The notes below the pieces were generated by a model. That model worked only from the letters and a program-made list of their open reading frames with translations, searched no databases and had not been told where the DNA came from. 64,000 nucleotides of DNA from Candidatus Dormiibacterota bacterium (GTDB lineage Bacteria > Chloroflexota > Dormibacteria > Aeolococcales > Aeolococcaceae): contig PMOL01000004.1 in assembly GCA_003162415.1 (NCBI GenBank), positions 266,474-330,473 on the forward strand, read 5' to 3'. Below, piece by piece: positions 1 to 11,127 of the stretch. Position 1 is the first letter of the stretch. Each line of letters starts with the position of its first letter. A program made the position numbers and the translations under genes.

Positions 1-2014
1 CCCGCGGTTGACCCTCCTCCATCCACATCCTGCCCCCGCCGGCGCCGCAGCACATTCCCTCGCTCTTGCTGCGCGCCATCTCCACGACCTTGAGACCGGG
101 GATTTGTTCGAGGATCTCCCGCGGCGGGGCGAAGATGTCGTTCCAGCGGCCCAGATAACAGGAGTCGTGGTACGTGATCGTCTCGTTCTGGGCCTTGGCC
201 GCGTCGAGCGTGATCCGCCCTTCCTTCAACAGGCGATCGATGAGCTGCGTGTGATGGATAACCTCGTAGTCACCACCGAAGTCGCCGTACTCGTTGGCAA
301 ACGTGTTGAAGCAATGCGGACACGACGCGATGATCTTGCGCACGTTGTGCCGCTTCAGCACCTCGACGTTCTCCTTCGCGCGTTCCTGGAAGAGGTACTC
401 GTTGCCGATCCTGCGAGCGGGATCCCCGGTGCATTTCTCCTCGGTACCGAGGATGGCGAAGTCCACACCCGCGGCCTGAAGGATCTTCGCCAGGGCTGCC
501 GCGATCGTCCTGGCGCGCTCGTCGAATGATGCCGCGCAGCCGACCCAGTACAGGTACTCGGCATCGGGCTTGTCGGCGATGAATGAGACACCGAGACCCT
601 TTGCCCAATCGGCTCGCGACTGGTGGGACAGGCCGTAGGGATTGGCGACGTTCTCGATGTTGCGCAGCGCCGACTCCGCCTGCTTGGGCAGGCGCGACTC
701 ATCAAGGACGAGATGCCTGCGCATGTCCAGGATCTTGGGAACATGCTCGATCAGCACCGGGCACTGGTCCATGCACGCGCCGCAGGTGGTGCACGACCAG
801 AGCGTCTCCTCGAGAATCGTGCCCCCGATCAGCGGACGGGGTCCGCCGTTGGGAACTGCTGCTGCAACCTCGTCGGGCGAAAGCCACGACGGCTGGAAAT
901 GCCCGGGAAGATCGTGCACGGAGCCCGGGTGATGGTCGCCACTGGTCCACATCACCGCGCTGTCCGTACTCGCGCCGTCGCCACCCTCCGCGGCAATGTG
1001 CGCGTCGTGCTTCGTCGCCGCGTAGCCTCCGGCGAGGTTCTCGTACGCGAGGTCGCGCAGATCGGTGATCAGCGTCTTGGGTGACAGCGGTTTGCCGGTG
1101 TTGTAGGCGGGGCAATGGGTTTGGCAGCGTCCGCACTCCGTGCACGTGTAGAGATCGAGGGTGTCCTTCCACGAGAAGTGCTCGAGTGCTCCGGCGCCGA
1201 AGTGCTGGTCGGCCTCGCTCTCGGCGTTCATCACCGCCTCGATATCGAGGGTGCGCAAAGCCCCTTTCGGTCGCTCGTTCTTGAAGAAGACGTTGGGCAC
1301 CGACGTGATGATGTGCAGGTGCTTGCTATAGCCGAGGTAGACGAGGAATCCGAACACGAGCGTCAGGTGCGCCCAGAAGAAGATGCCGTGGAAGACGATC
1401 AGCGCCTCGCTGTGCGCGCCGAGTGGCCGGAAGATGCTCGCGAGCGCGGACGCGATGGGCCGCCACTGACCGAGGGCTTCGGGCGCACCCTCGGCGATAC
1501 GCGTTGCGTAGTTGAGCTCCATGCAGATGAGGAGCACTCCGATCCAGGCGAGGATGAGGATGGCGTCGCCGCGGTGGCTCCCACGAAAGCGCGTCGGGTT
1601 GATCACCAGGCGGTTGAACAGCGCCAGCGCGATCCCGCAGATGACCACGAAGAAGAAGAGATCCTGCAGGAATGCGATCGCGCCGCTCCCGGGCAGCTGA
1701 TCAAACTGGAATCCTTGCCAGAGTGCTTCGACGATTCCCTGGGCGATCGCGGTGAGCAGGACCACGAAGCCCCAGAAGATGAAGGCATGGAGCACACCGG
1801 CGAGCGGCCACCTGAGCAACCGTCCCTGGGCGACCACGTAGATGAAGAACGCGCGCACCCGCGCCATCGGGTGGTCGAGGCGGCTCTCCTGGCGCGTGGT
1901 GCGCCGCATCAGGCCGAGCAGCTTTCGCCAGCGCAATCCGCTCGCGATCAATGACACCGCGGCGAGCAGCAGAAGCGCGATCGGGCTAAGGATGGCGGTC
2001 ACAGCCGCGGACAC
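1..2014 (-). CDS. membrane-anchored (Fe-S)-binding oxidoreductase, heterodisulfide reductase D / GlpC-like (3' end runs off the window)
   Basis: Hand translation of the minus strand from GTG at 2014. It is absent from the ORF track because it is open to the window edge. N-terminal polytopic membrane part ([15 protein letters not shown]...), two 4Fe-4S motifs ([24 protein letters not shown]) and two cysteine-rich CCG-type repeats ([21 protein letters not shown]...CCGAGGG). The GTG overlaps the TAG of the upstream gene by 1 nt. Confidence 0.8.
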   Translation of the reverse strand, partial: MSAAVTAILSPIALLLLAAVSLIASGLRWRKLLGLMRRTTRQESRLDHPMARVRAFFIYVVAQGRLLRWPLAGVLHAFIFWGFVVLLTAIAQGIVEALWQGFQFDQLPGSGAIAFLQDLFFFVVICGIALALFNRLVINPTRFRGSHRGDAILILAWIGVLLICMELNYATRIAEGAPEALGQWRPIASALASIFRPLGAHSEALIVFHGIFFWAHLTLVFGFLVYLGYSKHLHIITSVPNVFFKNERPKGALRTLDIEAVMNAESEADQHFGAGALEHFSWKDTLDLYTCTECGRCQTHCPAYNTGKPLSPKTLITDLRDLAYENLAGGYAATKHDAHIAAEGGDGASTDSAVMWTSGDHHPGSVHDLPGHFQPSWLSPDEVAAAVPNGGPRPLIGGTILEETLWSCTTCGACMDQCPVLIEHVPKILDMRRHLVLDESRLPKQAESALRNIENVANPYGLSHQSRADWAKGLGVSFIADKPDAEYLYWVGCAASFDERARTIAAALAKILQAAGVDFAILGTEEKCTGDPARRIGNEYLFQERAKENVEVLKRHNVRKIIASCPHCFNTFANEYGDFGGDYEVIHHTQLIDRLLKEGRITLDAAKAQNETITYHDSCYLGRWNDIFAPPREILEQIPGLKVVEMARSKSEGMCCGAGGGRMWMEEGQPR

Positions 2015-2829
2015 TAGCGTCCCTTCCAATCCGGCGGGCGTTTCTGCATGAACGCCGCGATGCCTTCCTGGGCATCCTCGGTCGAGAACAGCGCGATGAA
2101 CTCGCTCCGCTCGGCCTTGAGTGCCTCGGCGATGGGCAGTTGCGCGCCGGCCCGCATTGCGCGCTTGGTTGCGGCGAGCGCCAGGGGCGCTCTCGAGGCG
2201 AGCAGTTCGCCCCAGCGTTTGGCGGCCGCGGGGAGCTCGTCGGGATCGACCACCTCGGCCACCAGACCGATCGCCAGGGCGCGGTCGGCGTCGACTGGAT
2301 CCCCCGTGAGCAGCAACTCAGCGGCGCGCGCCGTGCCGATCAGCCGCGGCAGGCGTTGCGTGCCGCCCCAGCCGGGAATGATTCCGAGCTTGATCTCCGG
2401 CTGCCCGAAACGGGCGGTGCGCGCCGCGATGCGGATGTCGCACGCGAGCGTGAGCTCGCAGCCGCCGCCGAATGCGATGCCGTTGACGGCGGCGATCACC
2501 GGAAGCCGCGAAGCCTCGAAGAGCAGCGTGAGATCGGTCGCCTTGCCGATCGCATCGGCGCCCGCTCCGAAGCCGGTGATGTCGGCGCCTGCGGAGAAGA
2601 ACTTCGGACCGTTGCCGGTGATGACCAGCGCACGGCAGGTGTCGTCGGCCTCAGCACTTGCGAGCCCCTCGGCCAGGCCATTGACGACGTCGCCGTTGAC
2701 GGCATTCGCGGGGGGATGGTCGATGGTGAGGGTGACGACCGCTCCCTGGCGCTCGACGCGGACTGCGTCATGAAGAACCTGTCCCACGAGCTGTGCCTCC
2801 CTCGATTCGATGATGGCTGCATGCGTCAT
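2014..2829 (-). CDS. enoyl-CoA hydratase/isomerase (crotonase family)
   Basis: ORF 2014..3069. Crotonase signatures [51 protein letters not shown]. The first 80 codons of the ORF are S/R-rich junk, so the start is moved to ATG 2829 (MTHAAIIE). Confidence 0.85.
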   Translation of the reverse strand: MTHAAIIESREAQLVGQVLHDAVRVERQGAVVTLTIDHPPANAVNGDVVNGLAEGLASAEADDTCRALVITGNGPKFFSAGADITGFGAGADAIGKATDLTLLFEASRLPVIAAVNGIAFGGGCELTLACDIRIAARTARFGQPEIKLGIIPGWGGTQRLPRLIGTARAAELLLTGDPVDADRALAIGLVAEVVDPDELPAAAKRWGELLASRAPLALAATKRAMRAGAQLPIAEALKAERSEFIALFSTEDAQEGIAAFMQKRPPDWKGR

Positions 2830-2890
2830 ACAGCAAATGGGCGCGCACGCGCCGCGATGCGCGACCGGGCGGCGAGTAGAGTGCGCAGGG

Positions 2891-3502
2891 GTGGAGCTTC
2901 CCCCTCTCGGCGACCGGCTCGAGCCCGACGCGCTCCGTGATTTGAGCGACAGCGGTCTCGATGCCCTCGGTGCCGCGCTACAGGCGACCGAGCGCGCCAC
3001 GATCGCAGCGATGGCCCCATACGAGCAGCATCTCCGTGAGATCCGCACGCGTGCCACGGAACTGGCCACCGAGCGGCGGCGGCGCGAGCGCGCGCAGCAG
3101 GTGGCTCAGCGGGCCGGGGTTCGCGAGGCCGCGAAGTCGGGTGGGATGCCGAGTCTCGCTGCGGCGTTGGCAACGGATGAGGACCTCTTCGACGTCACGA
3201 CGCCGCTGACCGGCGTGCGCGCATTTCTCAGCACCGGAGGCGAGGTCGGCTTCGGTTTCGCGACGCGCCCCGGGACCATGACCTTCACCGACGGTCGCCA
3301 GCAGCGCATGGCACGCACCTGGGGCGACGCTCGAGAGCTCCATGCGCTCGGATGGGATCCGGGCGCTCCCGGGGTACCCGGCGTGCGTGTCCATCTCGCC
3401 GGAAGCCGCGTGGAGCGAGTGGTACCTGCCTCGGATGTGGTGCTCAGCGCCGGCAGCCCCACCAGCTTGCCGGGCGATCAGCCGACCGGCGCGCTGCCGT
3501 AG
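2891..3502 (+). CDS. hypothetical protein
   Basis: ORF 2810..3502 with GC-rich third positions. Start set to GTG 2891 (VELPPLGDRLEPD) to clear the divergent gene. No domain recognised. Confidence 0.4.
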   Translation: MELPPLGDRLEPDALRDLSDSGLDALGAALQATERATIAAMAPYEQHLREIRTRATELATERRRRERAQQVAQRAGVREAAKSGGMPSLAAALATDEDLFDVTTPLTGVRAFLSTGGEVGFGFATRPGTMTFTDGRQQRMARTWGDARELHALGWDPGAPGVPGVRVHLAGSRVERVVPASDVVLSAGSPTSLPGDQPTGALP

Positions 3503-4233
3503 GAGCTCGGCTCGAAACCTCCGGCATTCCGTATTGGTGACGTCGGTGCCGGCGCCGGGAGGCGCTGCACGATCACCTTTTCTATGTCACGCGAGACGAT
3601 GATCGCTGGACGGGTCGCATCGATACGCACGAACCGCCGGGGATGCTGCGAGGCGAGGTGCTCGAACGCTGCTTCAACGGCGGCGTGGAATGTCTCAGGT
3701 GCGACCTCAAAGCGATCGAGCGGAAGCTGCTGGGCTCGCTGGCGCTGCGCCGCCGTCGAGGCGGGTATCGCCAGGTAGAGCGTCAGGTCGGGCCAGACGT
3801 CGCCGCATGCGGCCGCGTGCAGACGCAGCAGATCCTCCGTCGGAATGCCTCGTCCCCCGCCCTGGTAAGCGATCGTCGAATCCGCGTAGCGGTCGGCGAT
3901 CACGACTGCGCCACGGCGCAGCGCGGGCAGGATGGTCTCGTGCAGCAGCTGCACGCGCTCTGAGGTGAACAGGAGGGCCTCGGCCCAGGCCTCGAGCGCC
4001 GGACCCCGCTGGTGCTGGAGCACGAAGCTGTGCAGGATCTCCCCGAGTGGCGTCTCGTCGGGTCGCACCGTGACGACGTCATGGCCCTGCTGACGCAGCG
4101 CGCCCGCCAGCGAAGCGACCTGCGTGCTCTTGCCTGCACCGTCGAGCCCTTCAAACGAGATGAAGAAGCCACGCCATGCGCCCATATCGATCACCACTCC
4201 CCCGCCGTCGGGCCCCTCGCCCGAACGGCTCAT
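3478..4233 (-). CDS. tmk: dTMP (thymidylate) kinase
   Basis: P-loop [15 protein letters not shown] and typical Tmk body ([17 protein letters not shown]). ATG 4233 forms an ATGA overlap with the stop of the upstream gene. Alternative start at 4185. Confidence 0.85.
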   Translation of the reverse strand: MSRSGEGPDGGGVVIDMGAWRGFFISFEGLDGAGKSTQVASLAGALRQQGHDVVTVRPDETPLGEILHSFVLQHQRGPALEAWAEALLFTSERVQLLHETILPALRRGAVVIADRYADSTIAYQGGGRGIPTEDLLRLHAAACGDVWPDLTLYLAIPASTAAQRQRAQQLPLDRFEVAPETFHAAVEAAFEHLASQHPRRFVRIDATRPAIIVSRDIEKVIVQRLPAPAPTSPIRNAGGFEPSSYGSAPVG

Positions 4234-5888
4234 TCCGAGGGTCGCAGTATGACGAGTCGGCGGTTGGGTTCGTCACCGGTGCTGCGCGCGGTGAGCGCGT
4301 GCTCTTCGACGAGTTGATGCTGAAGCCTGCGCACGTATGCGTTCTGCGGTGTGAGCTCGACGTCGTTACCGGTTCGTTGCATCTGCTCGATCCCCTCGAG
4401 GACATCCTGCATCGCCGGCTCGGTGTCATCGGGCGTTTCGGGAGGTGCTTCAACGCCGTAGACGCGTGCGAGCGCTCCTTTGATCTGCGCCACCGTGTTG
4501 CTGCGCAGCACATGGATCGGGATGCCGGACGACTCGGCGGCGCGCACCGGAGAGTCGTGGCGCCGGTAGTAGTTCTTCAGGGTGAGCACGAGGTCGGCGT
4601 CGTCGACGTGGTGCTGGATGCGGACGGGAAGGCGCATCTCGCGAAGCGACTGCTCGAGGTAGTTGCGTGAGACCCCGTAGGGAAAGATCGAGAGCGGCGG
4701 TCCTGGACGGACCGCAGGAGCGGGGGGCTCCCACTCGCGCTCGCGTCGCTGCTGACCGGCGATGTACTCGTCGACGTCGAACCGCCTCCGGCGCTCGCGA
4801 GTCCGCCTGCCCCCACGCGTGCCGCCCTGGAACGGAGCGGGCTCGAAAGGCGACGGCCGGGTCGCGGCGGCGCTCGTGTCGACGCGGCTGACGATGGCGC
4901 CCGCCTCGTCGCGAGTGCGCAGCTGAGGCGGCCGGACCCTCCCGCGCAACGCCTCGTCGACGGTCTCGGCAAGCGGTGCATGCACGACGACTCGATCACG
5001 TTCCTGGATCTCGATGAGCACGTCGAACGTCGGCGGCGATTTGCGCTCGAGCACGGACTTCTGCGTACCGCGGCGCCGAGCCTCCTCATCCGACAGTGTC
5101 ACCGTCTGGATCCCGCCGAGCAGGTCGTTGAGCGTCGGGTTGACCAGCAGCGAATCGATGTTGGAGCCATGTGCGGTGCCGACGAGTTGCACGCCGCGCT
5201 CGGCGATGGTCCTCGCCGCGACGGCTTCCAGCTCGGTGCCGATCTCGTCGATGACGATGCATTGCGGCATATGGTTCTCGACAGCCTCGATCATCACCGC
5301 GTGCTGGAGCGCCGGGGTGCGCACCTGCATCCGGCGAGAGCGGCCGATGCCGGGGTGTGGGATGTCACCATCGCCGGCGATCTCATTCGAGGTGTCGACG
5401 ATGACCACGCGCTTGCCGCACTCGTCACTGAGCACACGCGCGCACTCGCGCAACATGGTTGTCTTGCCGATACCGGGCGGCCCGAGGAGCAGGATCGACT
5501 GCCCGCTGATGACCATGTCCTTGATGATGTCGATGGTTCCCGTGACCGCGCGGCCGACTCGGCACGTGAGCCCGACGATGGTGCCTTTGCGGTTGCGGAT
5601 CGCGCTGATCCGGTGCAGCGTGCGTTCGATCCCGGCGCGGTTGTCGTCACCAAAGAGACCGACGTGCTCGGTCACGTAGTCGATCTCTGCGTTCCCGACA
5701 TTGGCGGAGTCGAGGAACGCCTCACCGTCGGTGAACCGTGCTTCGGGTTCGCGGCCGAGGTCGAGTACGACCTCGAGGAGATCGCCTCGTCCCTGAGAGA
5801 GACGTTGCGCGGCAGACGCGATGCGGGGCGGGAGGGCTGCGAAGAGCAGGTTGAGCTCCTCTTCCCATGAGGATCCGTAGGGCATCAT
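4230..5888 (-). CDS. AAA+ ATPase with C-terminal R3H domain (SpoIIIAA / Ycf45-like)
   Basis: Walker [46 protein letters not shown], Walker [11 protein letters not shown]-terminal R3H-like segment [19 protein letters not shown]...[13 protein letters not shown]. Confidence 0.75.
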   Translation of the reverse strand: MMPYGSSWEEELNLLFAALPPRIASAAQRLSQGRGDLLEVVLDLGREPEARFTDGEAFLDSANVGNAEIDYVTEHVGLFGDDNRAGIERTLHRISAIRNRKGTIVGLTCRVGRAVTGTIDIIKDMVISGQSILLLGPPGIGKTTMLRECARVLSDECGKRVVIVDTSNEIAGDGDIPHPGIGRSRRMQVRTPALQHAVMIEAVENHMPQCIVIDEIGTELEAVAARTIAERGVQLVGTAHGSNIDSLLVNPTLNDLLGGIQTVTLSDEEARRRGTQKSVLERKSPPTFDVLIEIQERDRVVVHAPLAETVDEALRGRVRPPQLRTRDEAGAIVSRVDTSAAATRPSPFEPAPFQGGTRGGRRTRERRRRFDVDEYIAGQQRREREWEPPAPAVRPGPPLSIFPYGVSRNYLEQSLREMRLPVRIQHHVDDADLVLTLKNYYRRHDSPVRAAESSGIPIHVLRSNTVAQIKGALARVYGVEAPPETPDDTEPAMQDVLEGIEQMQRTGNDVELTPQNAYVRRLQHQLVEEHALTARSTGDEPNRRLVILRPSE

Positions 5889-6979
5889 CTGGGCGATGAT
5901 CTCTGTCTCCTCGTTGTGGTCGTGGACAGGACGCGGAGCGGTACCGAAGGCGAACTTGACGGGACGCTGCGTGCGATCCCTGCCTGGACCAATACGGGCT
6001 TCTTGCGTCGCGACGGCGCGTTGATGCGCACCTTCTCACCCAGCTCGCTGATGAGCAACAGTTGGGTGCCGTAGACGGCGAATCCGCGCAGCTGGAGCGC
6101 ACGGATGAGCTCGGAGTCGTAATGCCGGAGCACGCAGGAGGCAGGTCCCGAGGGCAGCTCCGCAAGCACGGCGTCGATGATGGCATCACGCAGTGCCGGG
6201 TCGTGGCCCTCGACCATCATGCTGAGGCTCGCCGGCTGCGCTGCTGTCGGCGGCCGGATGGCCGCCCAGGCAACGATGCCGGGACGCTCGACGACCAGGT
6301 GCCGGACGTTGTCGCGACCCATCCCGGCAATCAGCCCCTGCGCATAGCCGGCCTGCCACGTCTTGAGCGATGGACCCTCGACTGCCGCGACCTGCGACGG
6401 GGTCGTGCGAAGGTACAGCAGGTAGATCGCCCCGATGTCATCCCGGCGCGAGGGGCGAATGAGGGCGGAATTCACCGAGGGTTCGGGCTGCGCCGCAGCC
6501 TGGTCACGATAGAGGATCTGCTCCGTCGCGAACTGCGTGTAGCCGTGCTCGAGGAAGACGGGCAGAAGTGGATGGTCAAGCGGCAGGCGCACGTGCACGC
6601 GCTGCACGCCGTGCTCGAGCCCGCGGTTGCGGACGCCGTCAAGGAGTTCCGCGCGGGCGAAATGGCCATGCGCGGTTGTCGACGTGCAGAGGTTGAGGAT
6701 CTGCCACGACCGCGGCCGCACGGACAGGGATTGGACCTGTACGAATCCGACCACCCCTTCCTTGCTGTCCTCGGCGACGAGCATCTCTTCCGAAACATCG
6801 GTGATCGGCACCAGCGACGACAGCGATTTCGTCAGCGCCTGCCAGAGGCGCAGCAACGTCGCCTGCGGGACCGGGCTGTCGAGGGTCATCTGTGCGCCGT
6901 GTCGCTCGTCCTCAGTGGCTTCCCGGTACAGCTGCTCGATGCGCGCGAGGTCGCGAAACGATGCCGAGCGGATGATCAC
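5885..6979 (-). CDS. GNAT-family acetyltransferase-like protein (two tandem GNAT-like halves)
   Basis: 364-aa ORF linked by 4-nt overlaps to pdxT upstream and the ATPase downstream. Two repeats with GNAT-like topology ([16 protein letters not shown]..., [16 protein letters not shown]...). The assignment is weak. Confidence 0.5.
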   Translation of the reverse strand: MIIRSASFRDLARIEQLYREATEDERHGAQMTLDSPVPQATLLRLWQALTKSLSSLVPITDVSEEMLVAEDSKEGVVGFVQVQSLSVRPRSWQILNLCTSTTAHGHFARAELLDGVRNRGLEHGVQRVHVRLPLDHPLLPVFLEHGYTQFATEQILYRDQAAAQPEPSVNSALIRPSRRDDIGAIYLLYLRTTPSQVAAVEGPSLKTWQAGYAQGLIAGMGRDNVRHLVVERPGIVAWAAIRPPTAAQPASLSMMVEGHDPALRDAIIDAVLAELPSGPASCVLRHYDSELIRALQLRGFAVYGTQLLLISELGEKVRINAPSRRKKPVLVQAGIARSVPSSSPSVPLRVLSTTTTRRQRSSPR

Positions 6980-7581
6980 GCCGCGCTGACCTCGAGGGAG
7001 GCTGCCGCGCGCTCCAGGAACAGCTGGTGCAGGCGCAAATCGTCAGTCATCTCCGGGTGGAAGCAGAGACCGATGTGCGCCCCCTGCGCGACGGCCACCG
7101 GGTTATCGCCGAAACTGGCGATAACATCGGCATCGGGGCCGGCCTCCTCGATGAGCGGCGCCCGGATGAACACCGCGCGGAATGGCGCCACCCCGAGCGG
7201 CGCGATCGGGATGTCCGCCTCGAACGACTCCACCTGCCGTCCGTAGCCATTGCGCCGGACGCTGACGTCGAGAATCCCGAGCGCGATCTGATCTGGTCGA
7301 CCATCCAGCACCTCGCGACTCATGAGGATGAGGCCGGCGCACGTTGAGAGGGTTGGCATGCCATCGGCGAGGCGCTCGCGGAGCGGCATCTCGAGGTCGA
7401 ACACCTTGAGGAGGCGGCTCATCGTCGTGGACTCGCCGCCCGGGAGGATCAGCGCGTCGACGCTCTCGAGCTCATCACCGGTGCGTACCGTTGACGCCTC
7501 CGCGCCGCAGCCGCGGACCGCCAGCAGGTGCTCCTGGACGTCGCCCTGGAGGGCGAGGACGCCTACCCGGAGGATGGTCAA
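6976..7581 (-). CDS. pdxT: pyridoxal 5'-phosphate synthase, glutaminase subunit
   Basis: VGVLALQGDVQEHL..., ALILPGGESTTMSRLL, catalytic Cys in TCAGLILM, FHPE near the C-terminus. TTG start. Confidence 0.9.
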   Translation of the reverse strand: MTILRVGVLALQGDVQEHLLAVRGCGAEASTVRTGDELESVDALILPGGESTTMSRLLKVFDLEMPLRERLADGMPTLSTCAGLILMSREVLDGRPDQIALGILDVSVRRNGYGRQVESFEADIPIAPLGVAPFRAVFIRAPLIEEAGPDADVIASFGDNPVAVAQGAHIGLCFHPEMTDDLRLHQLFLERAAASLEVSAA

Positions 7582-7679
7582 TTCCCTCTCAGCGGACGCG
7601 AACGCTCCGTCCCTGGTGGGGCAGGCTTCGCGTCATTCGCACACCTATAGTCTACGCCGCCGGCCGGACGGCGTCAGCC

Positions 7680-8612
7680 TTACCAACCGCGGGTTGCGAG
7701 CAGCTCGCCGGCCGGCATCGAGGCGACGTCGAGCCCCGGCATGGCCTTGCCGAGTCCGGCGCTCACTTCAGCGATGACCTCGGGCTTGTCGAAATACGTT
7801 GTCGCGGCGACGATCGCCTTGGCATATGCCTCGGGATCGGTGCTCTTGAAGATGCCACTCCCGACGAAGTTACCCTCACAGCCGAGTTGCATCATGAGCG
7901 CCGCGTCGGCGGGAGTCGCGATGCCACCGGCGGAGAAGTTGACCACCGGCAGTTTCCCAGTCCTGTGAATTTCCTGGACGAGGTCGAAGGGTGCGCCGAG
8001 ATGTTTCGCCTCGGCCATGAGCTCCTCCGGCCGCATCGATGCGATACGGCGGATACCGCCCTGCACCGCGCGCATGTGGCGGACCGCTTCGACGACGTTG
8101 CCGGTGCCCGCCTCGCCCTTGGTGCGGATCATTGCGGCCCCTTCGCCGATGCGCCGGAGTGCCTCGCCGAGGTCGCGCGCTCCACACACGAAGGGCACGT
8201 CGAACTGCCACTTGTCGATGTGATATTCCTCGTCCGCGGGGGTCAGCACCTCGGACTCGTCGATGTAGTCGACACCGAGCGATTGCAACACCTGCGCTTC
8301 GACGAAGTGACCGATGCGGGCTTTGGCCATGACCGGGATGGTTACCGCCGCGATGATTTCCTTGATGAGCCCCACGTCGCTCATGCGCGCAACACCACCG
8401 TCACGACGGATATCCGAAGGGACGCGCTCCAGTGCCATGACTGCGACCGCCCCGGCGTCCTCGGCGATCTTCGCCTGCTCGGGGGTGACCACGTCCATGA
8501 TGACGCCGCCTTTGAGCATCTCCGCCAGGCCGCGCTTGACCCGCACGCCGCCGGTGTGGGGCTCGTGTCCGTTGGAACTCGTCTTGTCGCTCGTCATGCT
8601 CTCGCTCCTCAT
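7680..8612 (-). CDS. pdxS: pyridoxal 5'-phosphate synthase, lyase subunit
   Basis: Highly conserved PdxS sequence: [42 protein letters not shown]..., [33 protein letters not shown]. Confidence 0.95.
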   Translation of the reverse strand: MRSESMTSDKTSSNGHEPHTGGVRVKRGLAEMLKGGVIMDVVTPEQAKIAEDAGAVAVMALERVPSDIRRDGGVARMSDVGLIKEIIAAVTIPVMAKARIGHFVEAQVLQSLGVDYIDESEVLTPADEEYHIDKWQFDVPFVCGARDLGEALRRIGEGAAMIRTKGEAGTGNVVEAVRHMRAVQGGIRRIASMRPEELMAEAKHLGAPFDLVQEIHRTGKLPVVNFSAGGIATPADAALMMQLGCEGNFVGSGIFKSTDPEAYAKAIVAATTYFDKPEVIAEVSAGLGKAMPGLDVASMPAGELLATRGW

Positions 8613-8642
8613 CCGGCTCGCTGTGCCGGGAACAGTTTCATT

Positions 8643-9233
8643 CTAAGGGTTTCTTGACGAGTTCTTTGCCCTGGATCTCGTTTGTACTGCTGGCTTTGTT
8701 GCAGCTTTTGTGGTGCTTCTCGCAGCCGGCGCGGCGGTCTTTGTTGCAGATTTTGTGCTGGTTTTGGTGGCCGGTTTCGCCGCCGACCTCGGGCCCGCGA
8801 CCTTCTCGGTGTTGAGCTTGAGTGTCTCGACGGATCGCTGCAGGTTGAGGCGCACGATCGGCTCGGCGGCACGACCCAGGAGCTTGCCGGCAATCCCACC
8901 ACCAAATTCGTACTCCATGTCGAAGGTCACCTGGGTCCTCTCACCTTTGGGTTTGAATGCCCAGAGACCGTTCTGTTTGAACCCTTCGTTGGAGTGCCAG
9001 CCGATGGCTGTGTTCTCTGCCCATGTTGTGATGTCGACCACCGACGTCAGCGTCGTCGGACCCGCCTTCATCCCGACGGCGAACTGTGCGCCCTTGCCAT
9101 GTGTGACCTTGCCGGTGGGCTGCCACTTCACCAGGTCCTTCATGTACTTGGTGGTGTTGCGGTAATCGTCCACGTATGCGAATACCGTGGCCGCGGGAGC
9201 GTTGATGGTCATCTCGATGGTGATACGACCCAT
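8643..9233 (-). CDS. SRPBCC (START/polyketide-cyclase-like) protein with basic K/A/T-rich C-terminal tail
   Basis: ORF 8643..9380, start moved to ATG 9233 (MGRITIEMTINAPAATVFAYVDDYRNTTKY, a typical SRPBCC N-terminus). C-terminal low-complexity tail AKPATKTSTKSATKTAAPAARSTTKAATKP. Confidence 0.6.
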   Translation of the reverse strand: MGRITIEMTINAPAATVFAYVDDYRNTTKYMKDLVKWQPTGKVTHGKGAQFAVGMKAGPTTLTSVVDITTWAENTAIGWHSNEGFKQNGLWAFKPKGERTQVTFDMEYEFGGGIAGKLLGRAAEPIVRLNLQRSVETLKLNTEKVAGPRSAAKPATKTSTKSATKTAAPAARSTTKAATKPAVQTRSRAKNSSRNP

Positions 9234-9349
9234 GCCTGGACTCCTGGCGCGGTGGCACCGCGCGATTACCTCAGTATGCGATTCGAGGCAGGTCCGTGCA
9301 GGGCCGTTTCGAGGCCCGCTGAAGCGGGTGGTATCATCCTGGCCGGCGC

Positions 9350-9424
9350 CGGGAAGTAGCTCAGCCAGGTTAGAGTGCACGGTTCGGGACCGTGAGGTCG
9401 GGAGTTCGAATCTCCCCTTCCCGA
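9350..9424 (+). tRNA. tRNA-Pro (anticodon CGG)
   Basis: Cloverleaf folded by hand: acceptor CGGGAAG/CTTCCCG, anticodon arm CACGG-TTCGGGA-CCGTG, T arm GGGAG-TTCGAAT-CTCCC. CCA is not encoded. Confidence 0.85.
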
Positions 9425-9768
9425 CGGTCTCCCCGCGATTGAGTGCACCGACACGTCAGTGCGCGGTGCATACGGACCGAGCGACCAGCCGGCGGCGTAC
9501 ACGTCATCTGCAGTCGGATCGGTGCCCGTACAGTAGATATCGTCGACCAGCAGCTGGCTGCCGCGGACGCTCACCACGAGGTCGTATTTCTCCATCGTGG
9601 TTCCAGCACCGAATCCCAGCGCCAAGTGTGCGATGCCGCCGGTCGATGACGGCATCCTGGTCACGTGCTGGTCGCGGCGGACGTGGGATTCGCCGGTGAT
9701 CCGCACGAAACGAGCAGCGCAATCGCCATCATCGGTGCGCTCCAGACGAATAGCTTGAAAAACCTCAT
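9425..9768 (-). pseudogene. possible frameshifted/truncated lipoprotein gene remnant between two tRNA genes
   Basis: ATG 9768, preceded by AGAAGG, opens a 35-codon frame. It encodes a textbook lipoprotein signal peptide, MRFFKLFVWSAPMMAIALLVSCGSP (lipobox LVSC), and stops at TGA 9661-9663. Protein-like sequence continues in another frame (ORF 9266..9796) and runs antisense straight through tRNA-Pro. Confidence 0.2.
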
Positions 9769-9820
9769 GCGACCTTCTCGCAGTTGGACATGACATCGAC
9801 CAGATAGCATTAAAGGTTGC

Positions 9821-9895
9821 GGCCCCGTAGCTCAGTGGATAGAGCGGCGGTTTCCTAAACCGTGCGCGCAGGTTCGATTCCTGCCGGGGCTACCA
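9821..9895 (+). tRNA. tRNA-Arg (anticodon CCT)
   Basis: Acceptor GGCCCCG/CGGGGCT, D arm GCTCAGTGGATAGAGC, anticodon arm GCGGT-TTCCTAA-ACCGT, T arm GCAGG-TTCGATT-CCTGC, encoded CCA. Confidence 0.85.
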
Positions 9896-10505
9896 ATGTT
9901 GTGTACGCGAGAACGCCACCAAAGCCAATCAAGCCTGCGCCGGCGACACCGTCGGTCAGCCGAATCGAACGCGGACTCATCGATCGACCCGCAAATGCGA
10001 CACCGGTTGCGAGCGTTGTGACCCAGGTCAGGCTCCCAACCGCGACGCCCGCTACGAGGAGTATCGCGGAGGCAGTTGTGTGCACCAGCCCCGCTGTGCT
10101 TGCCGCAGCGAAGATTGCCGCCCACGACACGATGGTCGACGGGTTGGATGCGGTCCCGCCCAGTGCGGTGAGAAATGCACGGCGTGGGCGGGCAATCTCC
10201 GAAGGCGTTTCTCCACCGACGCGCACGCGGAACGCGCTGTACAGGGTCCGTGCCCCGAGCCAGACGAGCAGGATCGCACCGGCAAGCCCGAGAGCCAGGC
10301 GCAGCGGGTGAATGGTCAGCAACTGGGCCGCGCCCCCCGCTCCGGCCGCGGCGTACAAGCCGTCGACGGCCGCGATGCCTGCACCGATTGCCGCCCCCAC
10401 TCGCCACCCACTCCGGAGCGTGGACCTGATCAGGAAGAGCGACATCGGACCGAGTTGCAACGCAACGAAGAATCCGAGCCCGAACCCGATGATCGCGGCA
10501 TTCAT
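9855..10505 (-). CDS. LysE/RhtB-family amino acid exporter
   Basis: 216 aa, six hydrophobic segments, family-typical N-terminus MNAAIIGFGLGFFVALQLGPMSLFLIRSTL. The last ~14 codons are antisense to the 3' half of tRNA-Arg. Confidence 0.8.
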   Translation of the reverse strand: MNAAIIGFGLGFFVALQLGPMSLFLIRSTLRSGWRVGAAIGAGIAAVDGLYAAAGAGGAAQLLTIHPLRLALGLAGAILLVWLGARTLYSAFRVRVGGETPSEIARPRRAFLTALGGTASNPSTIVSWAAIFAAASTAGLVHTTASAILLVAGVAVGSLTWVTTLATGVAFAGRSMSPRSIRLTDGVAGAGLIGFGGVLAYTTLVAPAGIEPARTV

Positions 10506-10536
10506 GCTTCCGGACGCTCGTTCGTGGCGAAAGGAA

Positions 10537-11100
10537 TCACGAGAGATCCAGCCGTTTCACGGGGCCGATTCTCTTCCAGAAGATCAGGGTCCCGGTCAGC
10601 CCTCCGTGCGGCTTTAACGCGTAGTCGGGTATCTCACCGGTCAAGTTGAACCCGAGTCGGTGATAGAGGCTGGCGGCGCCACCGTCGACCGCGGTGTCCA
10701 GCACCAGCAGGGTTCGCCCCAGCTCGACGGCGATGGTTTCCGCGGCCTTCATCAGCGAGGTGCCCACGCCATGGCCGTAATGGTCCGGGCGGGTCATGAG
10801 CTTGGCGATCTCGGCTCGGTGCGGCTGGTTGGGTGCGAGGTCGAGGAGCAGGGTCACGGTGCCGACCAGGACGTCGGCCTCCCACGAGCCGAGAACCACG
10901 CGCTCATTCCGAGCTTGTGCGGCCAGCGCATCCGTCCAGTACGTCTCCGCCACAACCGGGTCGAGCGGGTGCATGAAGCTCACCGAGCCGCCATTGGCAA
11001 CGACCTCCATGAGCATGTCGCGCAACTGTGCGAGCGTCCCCGCTGATGCACGAAGCGTGGTGATCTCCCGCTCCGCCATGACGACTAATTGTGCAAGCAC
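10537..11100 (-). CDS. GNAT-family N-acetyltransferase
   Basis: Acetyl-CoA binding core KLMTRPDHYGHGVGTSLMKAAETIAVELGRTLLVLDT...ASLYHRLGF. Confidence 0.8.
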   Translation of the reverse strand: MLAQLVVMAEREITTLRASAGTLAQLRDMLMEVVANGGSVSFMHPLDPVVAETYWTDALAAQARNERVVLGSWEADVLVGTVTLLLDLAPNQPHRAEIAKLMTRPDHYGHGVGTSLMKAAETIAVELGRTLLVLDTAVDGGAASLYHRLGFNLTGEIPDYALKPHGGLTGTLIFWKRIGPVKRLDLS

Positions 11101-11127
11101 AGCCGGAAGTGACGTGCGTTCTTGGTC

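Noticed and set aside
9266-9796. 176-aa ORF as a genuine gene
   Set aside because: It reads antisense across the entire tRNA-Pro gene. Only its upstream part looks protein-like, so it is treated as possible gene debris instead.
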